Positions 12,994 to 24,828 of a stretch of 64,000 nt of DNA are shown here, piece after piece. This stretch comes from Takakia lepidozioides. Taxonomy: Eukaryota > Plantae > Bryophyta. Each line of letters begins with the position of its first letter. Position 1 is the stretch's first letter. The DNA lies in NCBI GenBank assembly GCA_030704615.1, contig CM060734.1, positions 35,712,001-35,776,000 of the forward strand, given 5' to 3'. The notes under the pieces were generated by a model. That model saw only the letters and a list, made by a program, of their open reading frames with translations. It was not told where the DNA came from and did no database searches. A program made the translations under genes and the position numbers.

Positions 12994-13649
12994 AAGCGAG
13001 CTCTTCAAAGCCACGCTAGAATATGTGTCTGCAGCTTGCGAGCCTGTTTTGTAGTGAAAAAGTTAGGTTTCGGGAGAATTCCCTGATTCAGTCCTGAAAA
13101 ATCTGTGACCGAAGTAGTCTTATCTGTGGCGTTCATTGCCTGTCACGATCGGAAGCTCTCATGACGGAGATAGGATTCCCTGGAATTGGGAGAACTTCTT
13201 GAGATTGAATAAACCCGTTGGAACCGTGGTTTGGGCCAAGCATCTGCAATTTGGCGGGTTTATATACTGTTCAAGTGGTGTCTATACATTTGGTGACTAG
13301 GAGCAATTGCTTCTCTTTGGAGACCATACATTTGTGTTGTCGAAGTAGGTGTCTTCTGGCATAATAGATTATCGTGGAAAGTAGAATTTGACATTGGATT
13401 CCGTAGGTGAAACGTTGGTTTGATCAAGTGAAGCCCTTTGATTTTTGGGAAGCTGTGCTACTCATGGAGTCTGTTCATTGTTTGATGCCTTTGGCCGACG
13501 GTTTTGAACGTTTTCCTTTGAGAGAATCCGGGCTTAATTGACGAGCTGCCAACCACTTGTTTGGTGAGGGAGGTCAAAAAGGAAGAGCAAGGGAGGTGAG
13601 AGTGAACGAAAAGGGGTCTTTGAATGGTTCTGGGACGGAAGACATAGCA

Positions 13650-16095
13650 ATGAGCAAGCTGAAAGTGCTGTTGGCCCAACCAGACAACCGAATTTGTGCA
13701 GACTGTGGGGCTCCAGATCCCAAATGGGCGTATGACTCCTCACTTTTAGTCTCTCTTATCAGTCGTTTGATAATACCATGTCGACATGATTGGTGCGTGT
13801 TCCATTTATGCTGCTTGCTGTGCTAGCATGGCCAAAGAGCTCATTTGTTCTGTATCATAGCTTATTGCATAAGCGCTACGAGTAACTTTCGTCATGGTCC
13901 GAGATTATGCTTATCAGTCTTCTCAAAGATGAGTTCGAGGGTTCTCCTAATTCCTATGCTGGCATTGCTTTGCAGGTCAACAAATATAGGAGTATTTGTT
14001 TGTATAAAGTGCTCCGGGGTGCACCGAAGCCTTGGTGTCCACATTTCCAAGGTACAATTTCGCTGTACCATCAACCTGTTTTTTATTTCAATTGACATCT
14101 TTTAATTATGCTCGGTGCCCTTCTTTACAATCAGGTAATGAAAGAAGCCCAATTTTTGAAAATAGTGCTTTCCTAGCAGGTCCTATCAGTTACACTGGAT
14201 GAGTGGACGGAGGAGCAAGTTGAGGTCATGGATGCGGTTGGTGGAAATGCAGCAGCAAATGCAGTCTATGAGGCAGCAATACCTAGAGGCATGCATAAAC
14301 CTGGAGCTGAGGCATCAGTTGAAGAACGGTCTGACTGGATAAAGTAAGCAGTTTTCCCTTACTACAGGGTTGTCAATCCAGCTGTTTAGTTTGGTGAGTT
14401 TCACAGCGCAAGTGCCTGTAATTTGGGATCCCAGTCTTTAGGGTGCTTTGAGAAATTTTATGATACCTGTACCCAGGCTAGGGAGGAGAGGAGGACAGTC
14501 ACACCCGAACTTGGGTGAACCTGAAACATTAATTGGGTGGGATGCTCCTATTCAATGGTTGTTGGGGGCCTTGGTCTAAGTCTGAAGTGGCCCTTGGATT
14601 GATTGGAAATCACTAGGAATTTTCCCAGCCTAAGAAGGGGTTTAACAGAAGGTTATACCCCTTCAAGGCTAATCACTCGATTCCCGTCGATTATGTGTGC
14701 AGGCGAAAATACGAGGACCAGGAGTTTTTGAAGCCAACTTTAAGGATGAAGACAAAAACACATTCACAGTCATCAGCATTGCAAACAAATGATAGCAATG
14801 TTTCATTGGGGCAGAGTCAGAAAAGTGGTGCTTCAGTCGGACACAGTCGCAATAGCCATGCTTCACCGGGGCAAAGTCAAAAGAGCAGCGCCTCTACTCG
14901 GCAAAGTCACAAATGTGATGCCTCATTGGCACATAGTAATCAAAGCAGCCTAAGCACGGTCTGTTCTGACAGCCTTTTGAGTCTGTCTTGTTATTTTTCT
15001 TCCAGGTGGGTTTTTTGCTACAAATTCAACATTCTTGTCATCTCTAGATGCCACTGTACAATGGTTTGCCGATTTCTTCTCACTAATGGGACATCCGGCT
15101 CACTGCAGGCTGGAATGGTGGAGTTTTTGGGCTTGCTCAAAGTCCGGGTCATGAGAGGCATAGATTTGGCGGTCCGAGATTACATATCCAGTGACCCATA
15201 TGTTGTGGTCAATCTTGGGCAGCAAGTAACAATACTATTCTCACTCTGAACTTATTGTTCTCTTGTTCTTGCCGTAAAAATGTCATGTCTTGGCACTCGG
15301 TTGTATCTTGAGTTTTGTATCTGAAAGGGGGTCTCGGATGCTTCTTGAGCATCCACTTATCTCAACAAAATAATGCTTTTTTGCAGACATTGAAGACGCG
15401 GATTATCAAAAGAAATTTAAATCCTGTCTGGAATGAAGAGCTTATGTTCTCAGTACCAAGTCCTCCCCAGCCTCTGAAATTGGTGAGTTATATTGGCACT
15501 CAGTAGAAGTTTTTGACAGTGAACTTGTAAGCTTGAGGCAGGGCCAATCCAATTGTGAAATCTCCACCTGCACAAACTAAGAATCAAACCTTGAACTGTC
15601 AGTGTTGCACAGTAAGGTTCTTTGGACAGCTTGCGTACTCAATTCATGTCCACATGTTGACCTGTCGTCTTCGCATGTATCCTGGTGAAATACTGTGTGC
15701 TCTGCTAGTACATATTTACCCCCCGGAGATTGCTAACTTTCTTCACACAATCGTCTGTAATTTGTATGTCAAAGTCAAACTAGAGTAAGCTGGGTTGTTG
15801 ATGGTTGCAGCAAGTCTACGACTATGACATGTTGTCATCAGATGACATTATGGGGGATGCGGAGGTGGACCTCAATCCACTAATAGTAGCAGCCCAAATG
15901 CACCAGGAGATGATTGAATCGGTTGGCACTGAGCAAATAGGGAGATGGTTGGCTACCAGTGACAATGCGCTTGTCAAAGACAGCAGCATTGAGGCAGTTG
16001 ATGGTGTGATAAAACAGGATATTCTCTTGAAGCTTCAAAATGTTGAGAAGGGTGTATTAGAAGTCTCACTTGAGTGGGCCCCTCTCTCCCAATAG
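13650..16095 (+). CDS. ADP-ribosylation factor GTPase-activating protein with C2 domain (AGD11/12/13, ZAC-like)
   Basis: Exons 13650-13729, 13976-14051, 14180-14343, 14703-14958, 15109-15225, 15387-15482, 15811-16095, all GT-AG and in frame. ArfGAP Zn finger [32 protein letters not shown]; C2 domain [34 protein letters not shown]. The true start could be further upstream. Confidence 0.95.
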
Positions 16096-17098
16096 TTGCT
16101 CTGAGCTTGATCTCATTTTCAAGGATGGAGACGTCGAAAAAGCCCTGATCTGCTTGGTAATCGGTATCACATTTGACAGTCAGGTGTTTCCATCACAGAC
16201 TTAAAGGGAGATGGACTTGGCTGTTGTAACATGTGATTTTGACGTTGTGTTTATTGGAGGAAGAGGAGAGAGAAGAAAAGAGGGAGAGAGATAGGAGACA
16301 AGGAGAGTAAAAGATCCCAAGTGTCAGCCATGTAGTCTTGGCAGGTCGCCAATCCCCGCGCTGGGGTGCTACCCACAAGTGTGTGTACATGGGACTATAC
16401 TTGAACATACCAAAGTGCTCACACAAAGTTGCAAATTGGCTGCAGAGCATTGAGGATTGATGCATGTACTAACGCCGACATCATAATTCTAATACGGGGT
16501 TGTATTCCAAACCTGCTGCTCCAAGATGTGTGAACACGGCTGTGCTGCACTGCGACCCCTGGCCTATGGGCCCTTTAAAGAGAATCAGTGAGAGTTGCCA
16601 GAGGAGGTATCAGAGTCTGAAAGATAAACTAATGAACTAGATTGTGAAGAAGGAAGGTACCTACATGAACAACATAGTCAGGATGCTGTGCATAATACTG
16701 GCTATCGTTGCATATCAATATTTCATTGAATAAGAATTGTGTGTAGTGCGTATGAAGAGACGAGAGAGTCTCTTTTCGAATTCGAGGAATGCCGGTGGTT
16801 TTCCTCACGAAGGGACTGTTGAGGAGATGAACTGTGGCTTGTTCTTTGGGGCTACGGTTTTGAGTCGACAATTAGGGCGAATTTTTGCTGCAAAGCATGC
16901 TAGCAAAGAAAACGGCAATAGAAATATCACGAGAAGCGATTAATGTTTACCGAGCGAAAAACGACAAGCAAAAAACTCGAGAAATCCCGCAGCAGGAATG
17001 TGAACTTGTGAGTGTGTTCTCGCAGGTTTATCACACGCTTTGTGAGTGAGCTGGTTTTCATGTTTTGGAGCTACGGTGGGTTCAATCGAGGGCTGTCA

Positions 17099-20000
17099 AT
17101 GTATGTATTGGAACTTGTTTGGCAGAAAACTCGCATTCACAGAATAGATCGTTTATTACGAAGTAATTTTCATTGGAAAACAGCATCTTCTTGGCGTTGC
17201 ATCCACAGATGTAGTTCCAGTGGAGGAGGTCGACCAAGCTCCAGGATAGGGTTTCACCCAGCACTCACAAGTTTTCTAAATTCTTCTAGAATGAAGCAGG
17301 GGGTTCGAGCAGAGCACAACAGGTAAGCCTCGTGTTCATGCTTGCTCTCCTTGGACCCCAAGAATGTCTTGACCACTTCAAGACTCAGTTCGTTTCTGTT
17401 CAAGTCGAATCACCGTACACTTGATTTCTAGATAATTAGATCGAAGTTTCCCTATAATCAATTTTTTTCTGCTTTTCGGCTGGGGATTCTTTCACTAAAC
17501 AAGGAGAATTGGCATGAAGTAATCCTTTCGAGAAAAGACAATTCGTTAGAGTTACCTTTGAACTAATGGCTTCAATCCTTGAACATTCGTCTTGGGACTC
17601 TGAGTAGCCTGCATCATCAAATGAATTTACCTTGGCTGGTTTCTGCCCAGTTCTGCTGGAAAAGTACCCCTGGTAAATTTTCTGGCCTTCTCCTTTCCTG
17701 CACAGGGACAGATACCTTGACTCAAAAGTAGCCCATTGAGCTACAAAAAGTCCAGTAGGGCAGTTCTCAACGACGAAGTGGCACTAGGGAGGATACAATT
17801 GTTTGGGGGAGAACAAATATGACCAGGGAGCCGTGACCTACTTCCAGCATACATAGTTTTAGCCGCCGAACTTCGGGAACTTGGACATAGCTGGGGGAGT
17901 AGTTCCTACAGGTTTGCAGCTGGGCCATGAAACAAAGAACCCAGAAATTGTAAAAACAATAAATGACTATCAAGATGGGAAGTGATGGAGCTACAATCAC
18001 CTAAACATCCTTTTTTTAGAAGGTGCACATTCAGGAGAAGGAAGTCTGATGCTGACTGAGTGTGTAAAAGCCACAAAGGTTTGGACCATTGCTATGAGGG
18101 CTCCTGAATCCTTAGAGCCTTGTGCATCTCCAATCCAGTGGACAGTTCTTGTAAGGACAGGATTGGAAGGTGGGTTTATTACCAATGAAAAGTGCACTGC
18201 TGTAGATAATCACTAACTGTATTATTAGCATGTCATGCATTCAAGATTTGTCATTCTGTGTGCAGGTGTGACGATGTGCTAGGCACTCAAGAAGTAAACT
18301 CTTCATCAATGAAGGCTTCCAAACAAGAGGGGACAGCGTTAGCCAAGAAGCTGTGGGAGGGCTGCAGGAGGGAGGCCTGGGGTGCTCTCTATCATCCATT
18401 TTTGGTCAAATTGGCAGCCGGCACTTTACCTATGCCCTGTTTTCAGGATTACATGGCACAGGATGCCTTCTTTTTGTATGCTTTTGGAGAAGCGTAGGTT
18501 CTCCTTCCTGCCTCTGTCACTGTCTTTGTTTGCACCCTCTTTCTTTGCTTGTCTCAGTATGCTCCCGTGGATAGACATGTCATATCCCCCACCATTTCAT
18601 GGAGCATGGTTTTATTCCCTTCATTATTTGTTTATATGATACCCTTGTCAAAGGAACTCCAAATATTTGGCAGGTTTGGATTGGCAATGCACAACACAAA
18701 TGATCAAGAAGCTAAAGCCATTATTGGCTCACTGCAAAAGGGTGTCCTTGACGAGCTTCAGTTGCATTCTTCTTTGGCAGAGGTAGTCCTTGGCTGAAAT
18801 GACTGCAGATACACACTCCGTCTTACTCTGGCCTTCTTGAACTAACTGCTGACCAGCTTCTGGCAATTGTTAGGAAATCACTTTTTCACTATAGAGGGAA
18901 ACTTGGCAGCATTTTCTACATCCCATCGTGTACGTAACCTGTCCACAATCAGAGATTGTGTCAACGTTTTTTTAACTTGGTACTTTCCGACTTCTAGCAT
19001 CATTGAGGTGTTGCTGTGCCATGTAAACCTAATTTTATGTTACCCTTGGCCTGAGATTTGCACTGGGTTTTGAAATTGTCATTTCTGGTAAATCAAGCAA
19101 GTTCGCATAAGCACACTCACAAGCAGTCACCCCCCTCTTCCTGTCTTGTAAATTGAGCCAACTTGAGAAAGGTTGATGGTTTGCAGGCACAGGGAGTCAA
19201 GCTTGCACAAGAGAGTGCTTTGAATTCAGCAACAATCAAATACACGGGCTTTCTGCTAGGCATAGCCAGAGGGGAGAAAGTGACCAAGAGAGAGACTCCC
19301 AGGGAACAAGCGGGTGACATAGATGATCAAATCCTGACAGTGAGTGAGACGCTTGCAGCAAGACAGGCCTTGAGCGCCAGGACAATAGCAGCCATGACAC
19401 CCTGCATGCGCTTGTATGCATTTCTGGCTCAAGAGGTGGTGAGAAGTGTGGAAAGGGGCTTCAAACATCCATATCAACAATGGATTGATACGTACACTTC
19501 TGCAGATTATGAGGCTAGTCATTCTTCTCTTTCTCTCACGCTAGTTTGGTGTATTTCCTTCTTGGTCTACTTTGGCCGTTGGGTCCCCGGGTCTCACTGT
19601 GGACCTGTTAAAGTATCTTTCTGTCTTTCTCTCTCATGGACCTGTCTGTGGCTCACAGGGTTTGGCCAGCACATTTTTTGGTCTCTCCCTGGTCTTGCTT
19701 TTGGGCTGCTTGTTGAGGGCCCCAAAACATTAAAAAAATGTGAACACGTTGCCAAAGCCACATGACCCTGAAGGGGTACTGCCTTCCCATGGGAAGGTGG
19801 ACACCTTTATGAGGTCCAACGTGTGGTTTGAACCCACAGCCCTTACCACTGGGCTAAATGTTGGTTGTCTTGAGGGACCCACTTTTCTGTTTTCTTGTAT
19901 CGTTCTTTCTTCCCGCCAATAAGCTCTTTGAGCTTTCTGTGGATGTTATAAAGTTCCTTTCTTCTTTCTTTCGCTCTCTCTTCTAGGGCGTCTAAAACAG

Positions 20001-22191
20001 TCATGGTGATTGTTGCAGTATTGTGCGACACAGTGCGAGCAACTCCTGGACAAGTTTATGGGCTCCTCTGTACAAGAAGATGAGCTGATGGCAAGGCTCT
20101 ATCAGCAGGCCATGACTCTTGAGGTGGAGTTTTTCAATGCCCAATCTCTGGGAAATGGGGCGACTGAAGTACCCTTCTTCAAGTCTGAGGCAGCGTCCAA
20201 GCATCGTTTAGTGCTTGTCTCTGACTTTGACTCTACGTGCACGGTTTCTGATTCTTGCCCAGTTTTGGCAGACCTGGCTGTGAGTGCTGCGAAGAGGTCA
20301 CTTTCTAATCGTGGAATGGCTCGAGAAAATGCAGAGCTCCCCGTGGCTTCGTCAGAATTGAGGCATCAATGGGATGCATTAACAAATCAGTACATGGGGG
20401 AGTATGAAGATATTCTTCGGCAGATCTTGCCATCAAAACAAGGTATGTAGCGCCAAAAGGCAAGTGTTTTGTTCTTTTTTCTACCTATTCCTCTCTTTCT
20501 CTCTGCTGTCTTGTGGGTTCTTCCTTTCCCCAGGAAATAGACTTTTCACCCTGTCACTGGCAACCAGGTGCATGACTAGTCACTCAGTTAACATTCAGCT
20601 TCGTACAGATAACCCTGTGGCCCACTGCAGGTGGTCTTGGGTTCACATCCACTTGTTCCTCATGTCTTATATTCTCCTTCCAGCTTTGAGCAAGGGCTTT
20701 GCCTTGCCAAATGGTGTACCTAGGGTTCTCAACTCTGTGAGGAACAATAGAAAATGCCAGGGAAGCAATTTAAGCATCGCCCACCCCTCTTTCATTCTGC
20801 TCAGTTAGGGCCCTGTACAACCCCAACCCCACCATATGAGAAAGACCTCAGGATGCATTAATCCTTCGGTTAATGAGGAGTAATATCTTTTCTTGTTCAG
20901 CTTGCAGGTCATCACTTGGACTGTTATGTCTAAGTACTACCTCAATAGCTGGTCTCTCTCTCCCCCCCCTTCTTGGGGCACATGCGCTGATCCTGGCGGG
21001 GCAGCACTTGCAGGCACTCACACAATATACAATGAGAAGGACCTCAGGCATTTTCTTGAGAAGATGTCAGAGTTTGAACTTCGAGCAAACTCAAGAGTGG
21101 TAGAGGCTGGTGTGTTATGTGGCCTAGCTATGGCAGAAGTCAAAGAGGCGGGAAAATGCATGCCCCTTCGTCAAGGCTGTTGTGAACTGTTGCAGCGGTT
21201 GCTGAGTGACAAAGAGGTTCATGTTGACTTGCACATATTGTCAGTCTGTTGGAGCAGAACATTCATCGAGGGTGTATTTGCCACAGGTAGGTTCAGTGGC
21301 ACATTAGAAGGGATCTGCTTTATTATCTTAGGGAATGAGGTTTTCTGTACTGTCTGAGACTCTCATCTCACTTCTTTAGGCATGAAGGCGATCTGGAGTT
21401 ACTCATTACACTTTCCTTGCTGTAGAGAGAGAGAGAGGAGGAGGAATGTACACTGTGACCCTCCCTATGAGAGAGCCCCCCTGGATAGTCAGATGATTGT
21501 CGAGTTGTTATGTACGAGGGTATTAACCTAAACCCAGAGGCATGCTGTGTTCTACGGCAATACTTTTCCTGGCTACCAAATCAGATGTGACATGTAGATT
21601 GAGCAGCCATGTGCCCTCAAATAACTGCTGTAGAGCTGCAATAAAATCCAGAGCAAATGTAATGTAGACCATTAAAAGTGTCACTTGGAAAGAGGGGTTT
21701 GCCACTTTGGGACCTAACTTTTGGTTGTCAAACTTGCAGGTTATGGAAGCCGTCCAAACATTCACTCCAATGAACTCTCTTGGGAGGGGGCTGTTACTGA
21801 TGGCAACATCATAAGGACTGTTGAAACAGCCCTTGATAAAGAGAGGGTTTATAAGGAGATTTTGGGCTGGAATGAATCAAAGCTACCAAATACGGTTGGA
21901 CTGTGTGAGCCAACTGATGAAGAACGGAGTGTTCGGACTGTCTACATAGGTGATGGTGTGACTGATCTACTTTGCTTGCTACATGCGGATGTGGGCATTT
22001 TGCTTGGGAAAAGTGCCGCACTCGAGCAGGTTGCACATGCTTTTGGAATAATTTTGAGGCCTTTATATGTCGGTGTGATACAACAAGAGAGGCGTGTCAG
22101 CGGCAGTCAGATATGGGGAAAGGGTGGCGGAGTTTTGTACACAGCTTCGAGTTGGCACGAAATAGATTCTTTCCTTTTGGGCTACATATAA
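17099..22191 (+). CDS. TH2: Bifunctional TenA/HAD thiamine monophosphate phosphatase (TH2/PALE GREEN1 orthologue)
   Basis: Exons ~17099-17322, 18266-18493, 18674-18782, 19187-19513, 20019-20442, 21014-21286, 21740-22191. TenA motifs (YMAQDAFFL, AMTPCMRLYAFL, HPYQQWIDTY); HAD motifs SDFDSTCT and YIGDGVTDLLCLLHADVGI. Start uncertain (in-frame ATGs at 17060, 17099, 17291, 18309). Confidence 0.93.
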
Positions 22192-23501
22192 CACAGCAAT
22201 TAAGATGTCATCTTGGCTCCCAGGTTTGGACCATGAGGTCTGAGCTCACATGTTTCTTTGGCTGTTCTATATCCCATTTCTTGTCTGTGCTAGACATTCG
22301 GAGATTACAAGCCTAGTGAACCAGAAGCGTGCAAAGACAAAGTCAGGGGGTCAAATACCAAGGTAACAAAATGTAATTTGACGCTTTGTTTTTTGAGACT
22401 AAGGTATATACAAATTTCGTAATGTATCTGAAACAAGATCAAAATCCTACATTAGCTCTGGATTGAAAACTAAGACCATTCTCACTTCTGAGTTTCATCC
22501 AAGCTACAGCCTTTATTGATCCCTCAGGTGTCCTGGGTTCACCCTTGTCTGTGCCAAAGATTTTCCTAGTTCTGGCAATCAACTGAAGTGGTGTTCACAC
22601 TAAGGCTTGCACACTGCCAAACGCCAACTGTAACTGCTGTTGTAAGCTGCTAGAGGTTGACCTTTTCCCCTAGTTCACGGAACCTACCTCCCTCCTCTTA
22701 TGGCTGGCTCCCAAGGCAAGGTCAACTTACCTCTACATATGCACACCCCTAGATTTACAGGAAGACTAAGGAAGAGGATGCAAGGACTTGACTTGGCTGT
22801 CCTAGACTCTCTCTCTCATCATTGAAGAGGGTCTATGGCCACAGGGCTAAGGCAAACGTATGAGTACATCTCTCGCCATCAAAGAACTTCTTTCTTGCAT
22901 CAACACAAAGATCCAAAACCAAGAACAGCATGTCTCTCTCTCTCTCTCTCTCCCTGGCCGTGCACTTAGAAGAGAGGCTGGCTGTGTTCTCCATGGCATG
23001 GGGTATCAACTCCCTATGTTGTTCCTAGTTCTCTTCTGAGATTCTGCACTGTTCTTCTTTGCATCTATCGTGCAAATTACAAGAGTAACATCCATGATCA
23101 TTTTCCAGTTTCTAACATGTTTGAATTGATCACGTTGACTGCCAAGGCCCAGCCCAGCAGCAACTCCCCTGGGAAACACATAGCTGAACCAGACTTCCTG
23201 TCATGTAGCAGGAAACTTTGCCCAAACAGCTGTAAGGCTGGGTATTTTCACTAGTATGGACTTCACTTGAGACACAGCATTCCATACACAACTTTCAAAT
23301 CAATAAATCAATCATTCTACCTCTGATTTCAGAGGACTCGAGCCTGAACCACACACCTTCCCACCAAACAGTGTCCAAAAACCGTTGGACATGAGCAAGC
23401 ATACATAAGGGGCCCCTAGCTGAAAAGTATGCTATGGAACCATAGCCATGGACCAACCTTTCGACTGTGAACTCTGGAAGAAAGCTTAACCGTCATTAGA
23501 T

Positions 23502-24113
23502 TCATCTCCTCATTTGACTGGCTTTAACCCCACCACAGGTAGGGCAAGGCAGCTGGCCTCTGCCTTGGCAAGCCTGACATGAAGTGTCCTCAAGGGAGCC
23601 TGAGAGACGGCTCTGAAAAGGTGAAGAGAATATATCCTGTTTGACTTGCCCTCGTCCTTTGCATTTCCCACATGGGAGTTTCGTTATCCCACCACACTGA
23701 TCACATAGCCTCAACGTCCTGCAGTGTCTAATCAATCAATTGATCAGGTCCATGATTCTCTCATTCATCTTGCACAGTCTTGTGTTCCAGTCTTGCCTGG
23801 AAATTCATGTTCATACGCAATCATAATCACATATTTTGATACTTCACTGATTCTTCCCTCCCCATCTTTCGAATCTCGTGAAAATCCTAACGCGTGATTG
23901 ATGTGCCAAGCCACACCCAATTCATGCCTCCTACACCCACGAGAGACAAATTTAACTGACTTGGAGGACACTCAGTACAATACACTCAATGCAAGAGCAC
24001 CTGCGCTGAGAGCTCGCAATGAAGAAGTCTACGTTGGGCGCAGCCATGGCAGCAACCAAAAGTAGAGCTCCCACGCCCAGGCCCGCCACTTCGCTCCCCG
24101 TTATACCCTCCAT
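23502..24113 (-). CDS. DnaJ-type cysteine-rich Zn-finger protein with N-terminal hydrophobic helix (probably ENA/At3g17668-like)
   Basis: Two coding exons, 24113-24001 and 23718-23502: MEGITGSEVAGLGVGALLLVAAMAAPNVDFFIASSQRR/TLRLCDQCGG..CGKCKGRG..CQACQGRG..CPTCGG (four CxxCxG repeats). A further donor near 24439 suggests a 5'UTR exon. Confidence 0.88.
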
Positions 24114-24828
24114 CTCCACTACCTTCCCCAAAACCTGGCCACAAGGGCTATGCAAGTTCGGTCTGAAGTCTCGTCAGACTGGTGCGCAGGAGTGGAGCCA
24201 GGAGAGCAGAGCCCTGCAAGCACAACGTGCACTGACTAAGTAAGAGTGAAGTGAAGCGTGCAGAGAGAACGAGAACAAGAATAATTCGCAGGAGGATAAT
24301 AATAAAGGGAAAGCAGAATACTTAACTTAATTTAGGAACTGTGCAGGGAAGGAAGGAGAACCCACGAGCTGCGCAGGCCCGATGAGATCAAACGAGAAAG
24401 GAAAAAGCAAGGAACCCAAGTTTGAAGATAAGTAAGTACCTGAGCAGAGCTCTGACCCGGCCTGCTCAGCTAGGGCGAGCTGCGATGGCGGGGCGCCGCG
24501 CACACACAGTGCAAAGGAGGAGGGTGGCGATGGTTACAGCCCAAAAATGGAGCAAGAAAGTCTTACAGAAATATAATAATATGGTAACAAAATCCAAAAA
24601 GAGCAAGTCCGAAATCGAGACCCAGAAATGATATACCACAAAAAAATGCCCTCGGGGGCATGTTCAATCATTTCAACAAATTCAGTGAAGCTACACTCAG
24701 ATTCGTCTTCTTCCTCAACCCCAATTCAAATTTTTGGGAAATTTTCGTGTATTTCCATCTGAATCTCGTCTGTAGGAAGCATTGAGAAGGACATTCTGGT
24801 GTTGGGTCTTTCTGTAAGTGGTACGGCC

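Noticed and set aside
17060-23400. TPP riboswitch in the thiamine gene TH2 (introns or 3'UTR)
   Set aside because: Searched by eye for CTGAGA...CCCTTTGAACCTGA...TAATGCC.GCG.AGGGA and did not find it. An Infernal RF00059 scan would be decisive.
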